A stretch of 62,976 nucleotides of DNA, filler included, from Folioceros fuciformis (Eukaryota): the NCBI GenBank assembly GCA_049999805.1. It is 4 parts of 4 records of this genome, joined end to end, with 100 filler letters (N's around TTAATTAATTAA, not from the genome) between each part and the next. Parts side by side here need not be neighbours in the genome. Positions count along the whole stretch, not along the records: positions 23,202 to 45,567 come from JBNGIO010005469.1; positions 45,668 to 59,131 come from JBNGIO010005473.1; 2 more parts are not named here. The stretch is one strand, 5' to 3'. Below the pieces are notes generated by a model that saw only the letters and a list, made by a program, of their open reading frames with translations, was not told the DNA's origin and ran no database searches. Of the stretch, positions 40,290 through 52,100 are shown in pieces. How positions within the stretch are numbered: position 1 is the first letter of the stretch; every line of letters begins with the position of its first letter. Both the position numbers and the translations under genes were made by a program.

Positions 40290-40600
40290 CTAACCTAGGC
40301 AGTAGATATGCATTAATAACAGGCCCACCTTTGATACCCTACAATCCGTGTTTGGGCAATTGGCATGTGCACCTCCATGCTCTTCTGAAAGGCACCAGTG
40401 CTGTGCACCAGCCTTTTTCAAGCACAGCAAAGTAACATGGTCAGCGAAAATGAGGCCCTCCGACTCTAGTCGTCCACACACAACTAGCGCTTCCTGTTCG
40501 AGCAAGCCCATGCTTGGCATACCTAGTCTCACAGCATTCCAGATGGAATATTCCACTCGCACCTCAAATGGACACCGAGATCAATGTACTCGTCGCTTCA
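40290..40600 (-). pseudogene. Degenerate PPR motif remnant
   Basis: IWNAVRLG..EQEALVVCGRLESEGLIFADHVTLLCLKKAG resembles P/L PPR motifs. Confidence 0.55.
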
Positions 40601-40751
40601 CAAATAAATCCTTCTTACAGACGGACACTTTCGAAACTTTGCCTCTAATTACAAAATAGGTGTAGATGTGACAATAATGAGCATCTTGGCATTTATGTAT
40701 GTATTATTTGTTGTAGGTTTCAAAACATTCGCTCATGACCATGGTGGTGTA

Positions 40752-42129
40752 GGGTTATTAAAGCCCAATGTGTTTAGACTAATGTGTTTAGTCTAAGATT
40801 AGTGTCTAGTTAAGTATCATTAGTTTAGATTAGCTTAAGCTAGTATGTAAGAAGCTTCTTGCGCAGCTTCCTGTGCGCTTCTTGTGAAGCTTCCTAGGGA
40901 GCTCTTCTAGAGGGTATAAATACCCCCTTGAGCTCCCTTGCATATTAAGACTCATTGTGAGAGTGTGACCTCTCTTTCTCCTCTCCTCCTTGCCTCCTCC
41001 TCTCCTCCTTCACCATGTAGCTCCTGGAGCGATCCTTCAAGTGGAACAACGCACATGACATTGGAGCACCATGGATCACTGGATCACTAACAGTGTGGTT
41101 TAACTTCTTCCAAACATGGCATAAGGAAACCTTGTGGCCAAACTCCTTACACACCTAGCAAAAGGGAACGTGGTGGCTGAACTTTGTACACACTTAACAA
41201 AAGGTAACATACGTTATCTACCTTTTTGGCTAAGGGCAGTTGTAGGCTTAGTGCCTTGGCATGTTGCTATTAAAACAACATCCTACTGGGATTAACATCA
41301 ATTATTAGGACGAAGCAAACCTCCACTGCCCTAGTAAGGTTGGTCGTACACTATGGAATTAATAAATTGGGACTATTTGAAGTCTCTCTCTGTGTACAGT
41401 CGGCCGAAGTTGTTACAATTATTATTATTATTATTTAATGTTTGATTTGCTCTTTGATTTTAGATTGTAGAAGTGGCAAGGCCAAAGTCTATTGCGGTAG
41501 CCATTAACCAAGTCTTAGAGCTTGTGAAAGAAGCTAAACTGCTTATAGGTCTAAAAGGGAAGGATCATTATCGAAGAAAACTCTAAAGAGGACTTCAACT
41601 AGGGTGTGCATGACCAGAGGAGTTATGTCAGATTAACAACTAAGGCAACAACAAGCATAAGGAGGACACTTATTTTTTCTCCTTCTTTTGCTTCTTCCTC
41701 CTCCCACCAGCCCCTCCCTCTTCTTGTTTGTACACAGGTTGGCTGGTTCTTCATAGGAGAAATCACTCTAGCCTAACATTTTAGACTTTTCTCCATGCTC
41801 AAGCATTGTAACTCATGCACCCAGTGTGTCCCATGTTTTAGACTTTTCTCCATGGTCAAGCATGGTGGCCCATGTTTTGGACTTTTTACCGGGTTAATAA
41901 AGTCCAATGTGCTTCGACTAATGTGTTTAGTGTAAGATTAGTGTTTAGTTCAGTACCATTAGTTTAGATTAGCTTAAGCTAATCAGTTGGAAGCTTCTTG
42001 CGCAACTTCCGATGCGCTCCTTGCGCAGCTTCCGATGCGCTCGTTGCGCAGCTTTCAATGCGCTTCTTGCATAGTTTCCGATACGCTTCTTGCGCAGCTT
42101 CCGATGTGCTTCTTGTGAAGCTTCCTAGG
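40752..42129. repeat. Pair of diverged direct repeats (40752-40898 and 41891-42129), LTR-like; second copy has an expanded 22-bp tandem
   Basis: Shared gactaatgtgtttag, cattagtttagattagcttaagcta and ttcttgtgaagcttcctagg; first copy is followed by gggtataaataccc. Confidence 0.65.
41115..41190 (-). pseudogene. CCHC zinc-knuckle remnant, possibly LINE ORF1
   Basis: HHVPFC*VCKEFGHKVSLC. Confidence 0.35.
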
Positions 42130-42712
42130 TCCTAAGATTGGAAGCTTTCTATGACTTTAGTGGTAGTTAGACCCTTGCTCAATGCCAGGACCTAGGACTT
42201 TAGTGGTAGTGAAGACTTTCTCCTTACTAGCTTGGAGGACCTAGGACTCTAGTGATAGTGAAGACTCTTTCTCCTTACTAGCTTGGACGTTGATATTTTA
42301 GCTACTATTAGTAGCCATTAGGGTTAGGGGTAGCCCTATTGTCTAATCAAGATTTATCTCCCTCATTATTGGATAGATGGATTTTCATATTGGTTTTTTT
42401 ACATTGTCTTTTTAAAATAAATAGACCTAACCTTCTTGATGCATCGAAGATGTGCATGAGGTTCTTGAGCATAGGAAACAACTTAGCTATGAGGTTCTTG
42501 AGCTTAGGAAACACCTTAGCATGAGGTTTTTTTTGAAGAGTTGAGGATCTTTCAAAATAAAATTATAAGTACAGAGGGCCCGTAGGTCCTATCAGAACCC
42601 TGCGACGGAATAGACCGTGACGTGGACCCCATTTAGCGACCACAGAGGGTGCATGCGTGCCCGGGATCACTCCAGAATCCCTAGGCTTCAGGTGTTAAGT
42701 CGGCAAAATTAC

Positions 42713-44498
42713 CTGGGCATGATTTTCTGCATACACAAGAGCTCTGCCTCCGAACTGGGAATCGATTAAAGTCTCTACAATCTGAAATCGCCGTACCACA
42801 TGCCGTTCGTTAGTTCACAAAACGTGAACCACACTCACGAAGAATTCCATGGAGTACAGGACTCTCAAATCTCACCTGACTCATACTCCATTCACTGTCT
42901 GGAACATATTCAATGAGATACGACCACATCTCAGAGGGTGAGACGCTGGCAAAGTAGTCAAAGCCCAACCCGCCTTTACTGATGGGTTCAGTCAATCCTG
43001 GATACTGTGAGGCCTGTGGGAAGTAGCAATCGACTCAGCCAAGAGAGTGCTGGTGCTGTGCACACAAGCAATCCAGAATTTGTCAATTAAGAGAAGAGAG
43101 GCAGGATTGTGCATACATCCCCTGCAATTGTGACAATGTTCGAGTTGAGCTTGTGCAGCATCTCAATAGCCAGAATCACATACAGCAATGCATCTCTGTC
43201 CACGTATTGATTGCAGTAGCTGCACAACCAGAGAAATGTGAGAAAGAGCGAGGAAGCAGTCTATGTAATTCGACCAACATGGAGCTCCTGCGAGCAATTT
43301 CCTGAATGACAGCAGCCTTACTCATTCAAGCCATTTGTGAACTCTGCAAATCCATTGTGGTTGTAAAACATGGACTGCAGCAAATGGAAGTGGAAACCAT
43401 CTATTTGATACTGTTCCCCCCACCTGCCATGAGAAAGAAACGTGTGACTTCCAAGCTACCTTGCTCTAGATGCGAACTGCCTGAGAGCAAATTCAAACAC
43501 AGCATTCAGAAAGATCAGTCACACTAGAGATCATCGAGGCAGACTAAATCCAATAACCACTTCAACTTTGATAAGAGGTAGCAAAGCACTTCGTATTCAC
43601 CATAATTGCATATGCGGGTGCCTGTATGTTTGTGACGCCCTCGCCGTCCTGCAATGCAAGGGTGAACTCAGCTGCTACAGTGAACGGGATGGTGAACAGA
43701 CTAAAAAAATATCTCAGCATTCTGCACCACTCCTTGCAAGGCAGAGCACACTAACCATCATGGAAGTAACAATCATTAGCACCATCGAATGAAGAAAGGC
43801 CAACCATCTCATCTGCAGCCGCATGTGAGTGGACTATGTCCACGATGAAAAACAGGCCCATTCCTGTTTCATCATGAACTCAAAACATGAGAAACGAAAC
43901 GCTGACTTGATGTAAACTGGGCTTCAGTAGCAGGCTTGCAAGGAATGCCTAACGAACCATGGGCACTGTCAACCAGATGTTTGAAATCTTCTGGGGTTCC
44001 AAAGCGACTACTTACCGCAAACATATTCGTAACCTGCCCAGTTGGCAAATTCTGCACATTAAATGGGCGCAGAATAATCTCAACGAACCTTCAAACATGA
44101 GGCACATGAAGAGCACAACAGGGTTGTACCTTATAGCCAGCACTTGCATAGTCTACATGCTCCTGAATACCCATGAGCTGGACAGCGTTGTACCTAGACT
44201 TCTTGACATGAGGAAGAGCCCTATTTGTCATAAAACATGGTTTCTCAGACTGCAAACTACATACTACAGACATTCTGAGCAGGGCACAAAACAAAGGCAA
44301 CGAACCACCAGACTCAATCCATACTTGCCTTCGCAGTAAACTGTTGGAACGTTGTTACACCAAGTTCTTCTCCACTTATTCCGACATGACATTCATAAAT
44401 TCGTAATGGCTGTGGTCTCTGGGGACTCTTGTGCTGCCATTGGTGCCGCTGTTGAGGTGGATTCCACATACAGGCGCTAAATGTATTACTCCCAACAT
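42713..44498 (-). pseudogene. SBE3: Internal fragment of starch branching enzyme class III (GH13), 9 exons; both ends absent
   Basis: [65 protein letters not shown] (class III-type), GGLGFDY, YAENHAQ. No upstream or downstream exons are recognisable, and several usually conserved residues are altered (IAGD, LAIEML, WGEQY). Confidence 0.8.
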
Positions 44499-44923
44499 CT
44501 GAATAGATTGGTTAAGATCAACTTAGCATCATCGTCCATCCTGCAGAACACATTCACATCCTTTGTCTCAGCAGGTTCAACCTGTCGGATATACAGGTCA
44601 TTACATCTGCTGCTACGGGCATTAGAAGAATTTTCCTTACAGCACACACCAATGCCATCAACATTAGAAGAAACCATCAGTCACAGAGTACAGGGTGTGG
44701 TTGATATGCTCACGTGGTTGCAGCGCATTCGCTCAACGTCGAGAAAGCTGTTGAGAAGGCTTCAATGGCCAAAACGAGTATGCACCGCTTGCCGAAGCGG
44801 GAAACAAATGTAGGAGAACAAATACAGCAGACATTCTCTTTGTCCATAGTTCACAAGTTGTGAACATTCTTTGTCCATAGTTCACAGTTCACATCCTAAT
44901 AGTAAAAACGGTTGCATTGAAAT

Positions 44924-45567
44924 TTATGAGTCATCCGAATCTATCACTAAGTGATAGCCTAGAGAGTCAGCTATGCAAACTATTGCCGCAGCTTGAGCAA
45001 ATGTTAGTGGAAACCTGGATATCTTCCATGCTCCATTCTGCCTTTCAAGTAGCGAAAGGACACGAAATTTATCGTCGTGAACATGGGCAGAAAGAATTTT
45101 GTACACATCCACCATGGCTCTAACTTGATCATCAATGGATTGCCAACCTCCAGAGATCTTGATACACTGAAACAACTTCACATCTGAGGATAGAAAATAC
45201 CGCCACCAATCAGCTCTGGTTCTTCTATCCTTGGTGTCTCCATACTTCGCCTGCAAGTGTTCTTCAAAGAACTCGAAAAGGCCTCTCAAGTTGTTGGTGC
45301 TTTTTGCCGTTAAGAGATCGAATTCGAGATCCTGAATTCTTCGTTGACAGAAAGAAATGGCCACCTCCTTAGCCCTCGAAGTTTCTACGGCCCGCTGCCC
45401 GGCTTCTACGGCCCGCTGCCCGGCTACTATGGCCTGCTGCAAGGCTTGATCCTTAGCCCTCGAAGCTTCTATGGCCTGCTCAAAGGCTTGCTCCCTAGCC
45501 TGCTGCACGGCTTGCTCCTTAGCCTGCTGCAAGGCTTGCTCCCTAGCCCTCGAAGCTTCTATGGCCT
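44924..45567 (-). CDS. Intronless ORF with coiled-coil repeats and an unknown helical domain; 5' end lost in gap
   Basis: Open to the gap; Q/A/E-rich repeats (QAIEASRA[KR][DE]QA) followed by NLRGLFEFFE..RADWWRYF..VYKILSAHVHD..LT.AQAAAIVCIA. Confidence 0.65.
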
Positions 45568-46119
45568 NNNNNNNNNNNNNNNNNNNNNNNNNNNNNNNNN
45601 NNNNNNNNNNNTTAATTAATTAANNNNNNNNNNNNNNNNNNNNNNNNNNNNNNNNNNNNNNNNNNNNATGTCATTTTTTAAGGCAGGGCTTAAACACACA
45701 CGAAAAACAAATGAAAGAAACACATAATCGTGGGGACATCACCAAGGGAGAGGAGGAGCCGTGTAGAGTTCATGCTTGCCAGCCTCCTCCTCCTTCCCTC
45801 CAGCCCATAGCCAATTAAGGTGTGGAAGCTTAGGAGCTCAATTGGTCACCATGCCTTCTATAACATTGGCTGCACCTTTCCTGCCTAGGACTCGGGACTT
45901 CAAGGCAATAAATGACCATGCCTTCTATAACATTGGCTGCACCTTTCGTGCCTAGGACTCGGGACTTCAAGGCGATATATGCATGGTTAGAAGGCTGCTA
46001 AATGTACATCTAGCATGGAGGGGGGTGTATGGTAGGCGGTTGGTGGAGGAGGTGTGAAGGGTTATCACGACGCACCCTCCAATACAATGAGAGGTGTCGG
46101 TGGTAACCGCAATGTACAA

Positions 46120-46210
46120 CCACTGCGACGACATGGTATGAATGCGGGGATTTGATTTGTGCAATCTAAGCTACATTCGAATGGAATTGAGATATCAAGG
46201 AGGCAAGTAG
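46120..46210 (+). pseudogene. 5' piece of an IS3/IS481-like integrase remnant split by copia-D; continues at 52764-52885
   Basis: Joined across the TSD it reads NAGI*FVQSKLHSNGIEISRRQVVETLRFMQLEG...KTWHLQG(N)HK. Confidence 0.5.
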
Positions 46211-48065
46211 TTAAGGGATGCAGAGGTTGCCATCTAGAAGAACAAATACCAACGAGAAACCAAAGGCACGAGATAGAGAAGCAAGTAAACAGTTTCCAAA
46301 ATGATGATAACTTGATTATGAATATAAGTATCCGTATAGGAAACTGGAACTGTCATGGCATAACTGTGCGGCCTATAGTAGCAACTACTAAACTGTTCAA
46401 ACCGCCATGTAAATCGCAGTCTACCATTACTCCCACTTAGTTCTAGTGTAGTCCGCAGATGATGTCTTCCAAAACAAGATTGAAAACCTTCTAGTACTGA
46501 TTTGAGGAAGGAAATTGCACATGCAACTCAAGGAAACCACCACGATGAAACGAAACAGCTCCCTCCACTCGAACAAAAAACTGAACTCCAAGAGTGAATG
46601 ATCTCGAGCTTGTAGTCGTCAAGTCCTCTTCTCCTCCAAAGTTTTCAGCTTAGATCATCCTCTTGAGTCAAAATATAAACTCCTCTAGACTTGGGTGACT
46701 CATGACGGCAGCAAGTGAAAAGCTAGAGTCCCCAAAGGCAATATTGGTGATCAATTGCACCTACAACTATGAGGTTGAAAGGGTAGGGAGCATGAGGGAG
46801 TCAAGGACTCTAATGTCTTGAACACGAGTCTGTCTCTCAATAGATCTAGCAAACCTAACAAACCTCAGTGAGTAGTTCCAGCTTTTGCTCTTGTTGGGAT
46901 CTGCTGAACACCAGCAGCTAGAGTATGCTTCTCATGGACAAGCTTGGGAAGTGCTTTAGTAAGTAAATTAGCTACATTCTCACCAGTGGGGACATACTTG
47001 ACATATACCTCCTTGTTGTCAGCTGCTTGATGAATAAAATGGTGTGCAATCTTGATATGCTTGGTTCTCGCATGAAAAACAGGATTCCGAGAAAGAGCTA
47101 TAGTTGATTGATTGTCACATAGGAGTCGAGTAGGCCCAATTGGGAGTTGATGCAGGCCCTTCAAGAAAGTGCGGATCCATAAAATCTCCCTTGCAACTTG
47201 AGTCATGGCACCATACTCCGCCTTTGTACTTGATAAACATATGGTGGGCAGCTTTTTACTAGACCAAGAAACAACTGAGTGACCTAGGAAACAGCAGTAT
47301 GCAGCTACACTCCTCCTAGTGTCTAGGTCCCCAGCCCAGTCTGCATCACAATATGCAGAGAGTTCTAAACCACCATGTTGTCTAGAGTACCTGAAACCTC
47401 TCCTAGGTGTCCCCTTGAGGTGACGAAAAATCCTTTTTACAGCAGTCCAATGTTCTAAACATGGATTCTCTAGGAACTGGCTAACATTGTTGACAGCCCT
47501 GCCGATATCTAACCTTGTCCATCCAGCTAAATATAGCTGACAGCCCAATGCCTGCCTATATGGCTTCCTATCCATCTCTTCCTTCTCAGCCAAAGTAGTA
47601 GGTGAGTTTTCCTTGGAAAGCTTCTCCCCAACCACCATGGGAGTGGCCACAGGCTTGGCATCCCCCATCTGGAAACGTCGCAGAAGTTGCTGCACATAGT
47701 GCTCTTGATGAATGTCAATTGTGTGGTCACTATGATTGAAGTGAAATTGGACACCCAAGGAAAAAGAAAGCTCACCCAAATCACTCATTTCAAATCTGGT
47801 AAGAAGAACTCTTTTGATCTTGTCCATCAAGGTCATTGAGGTACTGAAAGGGAAATTATCATCGACATAGACAGACAGGATTATAAAGTCTTGGCCCTCA
47901 CACAAGATGTGAACACTGGAATCAACATCCAGACACACAAAGCCTAGCTCAATTAGCACTTAGTGAAACACTTTGTTCCAAGCTCCGGATGATTGTTTGA
48001 GACCATACAGGGTCTTAAGTAGCTTCAACACCTTGTCAGGGTTTTTTATGTAGCCTTCTGGTTGA

Positions 48066-48068
<3 letters not shown>

Positions 48069-48100
<32 letters not shown>
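48069..48100. repeat. (AT)16 microsatellite inside the RT coding region
   Basis: Sits within the codons for EEDIYMSQP. Confidence 0.9.
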
Positions 48101-48102
<2 letters not shown>

Positions 48103-48587
48103 TCCTCTAGAAGGCCATGCAAGAAGGCAGTTTTGACGTCTAGCTAGTGGACTATCAAGTTGAAGTGGGCAGCAATTGCTAGGAGTATTCTAACAGAGGT
48201 TGATTTCATAACAGGGGCGAAAGTCTCATCGTAATCTAGACCAGGGACTTGACTATACCCCTTGGCTACTAATCTGGCTTTATACCTCCCCACACTGCCA
48301 TCTTTGTTTAATTTTTTTTTGAACACCCATTTGCAAGCAATAGGCTTGCGACCAGTAGGTAGGTCAACTTCCTTCCATGCCTTGTTTTGAATAAGAGAGG
48401 AGTATTCAGACTCTATGGCCTTTTTCCATTGCTCTGCCTCAGGGCCTTCTATTGCTTCCTTATAGGTAGCAGGTTCATCAAAGAAGCAGCAATATTGAGG
48501 ACAAAATCCTGAGAAAGGGGAGTAGCAGTGACCATACCTACGACATAATTTGGTTTCCACTCTTCTATGGGACGACGAAGCCTTGTA

Positions 48588-49161
48588 TGTCGTGAAATTG
48601 TGGCAAAAATGGACTTATAGTAGAGCATCATGGTGAACGTCATAGTTTAGTGGAATTCAGTTGATTAGATAATAGGTGATTAAACTAACTCAACCTAAAT
48701 TAGGTAAATGGCTAAAATACTAGCCATGGCTACTTGCCCACTAGAAGCACGTGGGCTCATACAGCCCATGGAAAACTGCTTGGAGGGGCACCACACATAA
48801 AAACAAAACACAGCGAGGAAAAAGGTAGTTGTCGAAGTCGCTCATGAGAGGAACCACCGGACGACCTAAACCTTTTTTTGCTGTTCACTAGCCGTCTATG
48901 AAAGGAAGAGCTATGCAGATTGAGGGTGTAAGGGAGATGGTGGCATCCCGCTAGTGACTTACCAACTCTGGGCAGCCCGACGAGGGCAGTCCCTTTTTGC
49001 AGCTTTACAACACGGAGTGAGCTATGGCGCATGTGAGCAGCCTAACATCTTAAGGCATGGACAATCTTTTTGTTCTCTTTTTCTGAGTGCACAAGACATT
49101 AGCCTTGCAGCTGATGGACTGAATTGAAGTGCTCACAACAGCTGATACCGGGAGCACGACA
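48588..49161. mobile_element. 574-bp solo LTR nested in copia-D
   Basis: Termini TGTCGTG...CACGACA; 4-bp TSD tgta at 48584-48587 and 49162-49165; removal restores PLRRSTRLRRP. Confidence 0.85.
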
Positions 49162-52100
49162 TGTAGAACGACGTAGAGGAGGGGCTTCTTTGGGTTCATC
49201 TGCAGCTACAATCTGATCAAGAACTTCTTGTAAGTTTGCGACATCAGCAGGCAATTGTTCAGCAAAATCTGGTTGAACATCTAAGTCTGTAGCTACAGCA
49301 GGGGTGCTTGAAATGCTGGCTGGTGTTGAATTGTTGGCTGCTGTTGATGAGTGTTGTTGTCCCCCTCTAAACCCATAAGCTCCTCATCGTTGTCATAGAG
49401 AGTCACCATGGAAGTGTCCATGGGCTGGTCAACTTGAACACCAAAGATAGAAGAAGAGTCCTCAGTGTGTGCTTGTGTTTGTTGAAGGTGATGCTGAAGT
49501 AGAATATCCTCATGGAAAATCACACTTCGAGAAATGGTCAGCGATCAAGAGGCAGGGTCAAAAATTTTGTATCCCTTCACGTCATCAGAATAGCCAACAA
49601 AAATACGTCGATGTGCCTTGGGATCAAGCTTGGTCTGCAACTCAGAAGGTATGAAGGCATATGTAGGTGAGCCAAACACACGCAAATGAGAGATGCGAGG
49701 TTTCTTGCATGTCCAAAGCTCATAGGGGGTTGTGGATCCCAACTCCTTTGAAGGTAGTCGATTCTGAATATAGTTGGTGGTGACGAGAGCCTTTGCCCAA
49801 TAGCCTCATGTGAGGCCAACAAACAACAAACTGGCTAAAGTGGCCTCCTAAAGGGTTCTATTCTTCCTCTCGGCAAAGGAATTCTGTGCCGGAGTGTAAG
49901 GAACTGTGAGTTGGTGTTGATTTCCTTTAGCTTCACAGAAGTCCTTGAAGGCCCGACTCGTATACTCTCCACCATTGTTAGATCTTATGATCTTCACACG
50001 TGCACCAGTCCTCCTTTGAGCACGTCTCACAAATGACTGAAAACAATCTAAAACTTCACTCTTGTGTTTGATGGGATACACTGTACAATATCTTGACCAC
50101 TCGTCTATGAAAGTGACAAAGTAAGATGCCCCTCCAAAAGAGGTTGTGGAAATAGGCCCACACACGTCAGTATGAATGGTCTCCAAGATAGCAGTGGCTC
50201 TAGTGGGCAGTGTATCCTTAAAAGGCAAGGAATGAGCCTTGCTCATGGCACATGAGTCGCAAAAAGGCTTAGAATCATAAGTGAAAGCCAATGTATCTCT
50301 AAAACTCCCATTGTTTGCTAGCGTGGACAAATGCTGAAAGTTCACGTGCCCTAGGCGACAATGCCAAAGGCGCATACTACACTTAGACAAAGCAACATGT
50401 GTGGAGGGCATAGGGGCTGACAAAGTGTGAACATCCAGTAGGTAAAGATCATTGTAAGGCTGACCTGAGAAGAGTTGGAGACCAGTGTCTATATTGGATA
50501 TATAGCAACCAGTGTGGTCGAAACATGTTTGACAAGCATGCTCTTGGGAGAGCTTCATGACAGACATCAAATTCTTTGTCATGGCAAGTACATAAAGTAC
50601 TCCGGTGAGGTTGAGACTCCCACCACTGAGCAACTTGATAAGGATTGAACCCATGCCCTTGATTGACAAGCCACTATCATCCCCTAACAACACGAATTGT
50701 TTGTCGTCAGTGGATGGGACAAAAGAGGAGAAGGCATGTCTATCAAGGCAAATGTGGCTTGTTGCTCCAGAATCCAGAAACCAGCTATCTTGCCGGACAA
50801 CAACTGAATTGAGGCAAACAGCGAGGATAGAAGGTGTCTTAGCTTTAGCTACGGCCACATGGGACTCTTGGGTGGCTAACTCCCGCTTGGGCTTACCACC
50901 CTTCTTCTTCCTACAGTCCCTCTCGAAATGCCCTGGTATTTTACACCAATTACAGGTGAAAGCTTTCTTCTGTGTGCCTTGCTGGCTTGTAGGAGCTTGG
51001 TTGGACATGCCTCGTCCTCGACCACGTCCGCGATATCCACCTCTCCCCCTTGAAGCAAAAAGTACTCTATCGGCATTGTTGCTTGAAGAGCCTTTATTCT
51101 TGTGAAGAGTTCTTGAGCGCTCCTCTTCCAGCAGGGCTCCAAGTACTTCCTCCAAGGTCACAACAAGTTGATTGCCAACAGTTGTTGCTTGAATTGCAAC
51201 TCGTATGGTGGCATTCTGTGAGCTTACCAGTTGGCTATATGTGTCCGCAGAGAGGCAAGAAGGCTAACCGCAGCCTGAACCTCTGTTAAGACAGTACCAC
51301 AACAAGCAAAATCAGCCCTCAAGGTCCTAAATTTGTGAATGTAGGCCTCAACAGGCTCATTGTCCTTCATTCTCAGATTAAAAAATTCACGATATGCGTG
51401 CACTATCGAGGCTAAGCTTTTATCTTCATATATGAGTTGAAAAACCTTCCACATAGCATTGGAGGTTGCTGCTCCTATAGTGTGTGGCATCATGGTCCTA
51501 TCTAGGGCTGCGATCAGTATTGATCGAGCTCTTCTATCCTTATGTTGCCAAGCTAGGACGTCCTCGGGAGGAGCTGTGGGACTGGCTTCAATGCCATCCA
51601 CTATAGACATTAACTCATTTCCTTCGCAAATTTGCGTGAGCCTCATGGACCAAATTGCATAATCAGTCCCATTGAACCTATCTTTGTCCCTAAACTCAAT
51701 CTTAAGAGGAACAAGAGCAGGGGGTGCTACAAGAGGTGGAGGAGGATTAGCTGCCATGCTTGCAAGAACTTGGTTGCTAGTCAACCTGACAAGAAACTTG
51801 GTCTGACGTAACAACCTAGCCTGCACAGCTTGAAGGGAGAAGTCATGAGGCGAGTACTCATTAGACTTTGAATCCGAATCATAAAACAGGAAGGATAAAT
51901 CAAATGTGTTGTCCTCCCTGGATTGTATGCAGGAAGGCTCACTCAAAGGACTGAGGAAAGACAACGACAAGACATTGAAACCCCAGGTTCAAGACTCAAA
52001 GCTGAGAGGTGGTCTTGGCAAATCTCATGAAGCATCTGGATGGATTTGGCAAGGCAATCAATCAGCTCCTTTTGTGCAAGCATGCGTTGCAGATTGTCGA

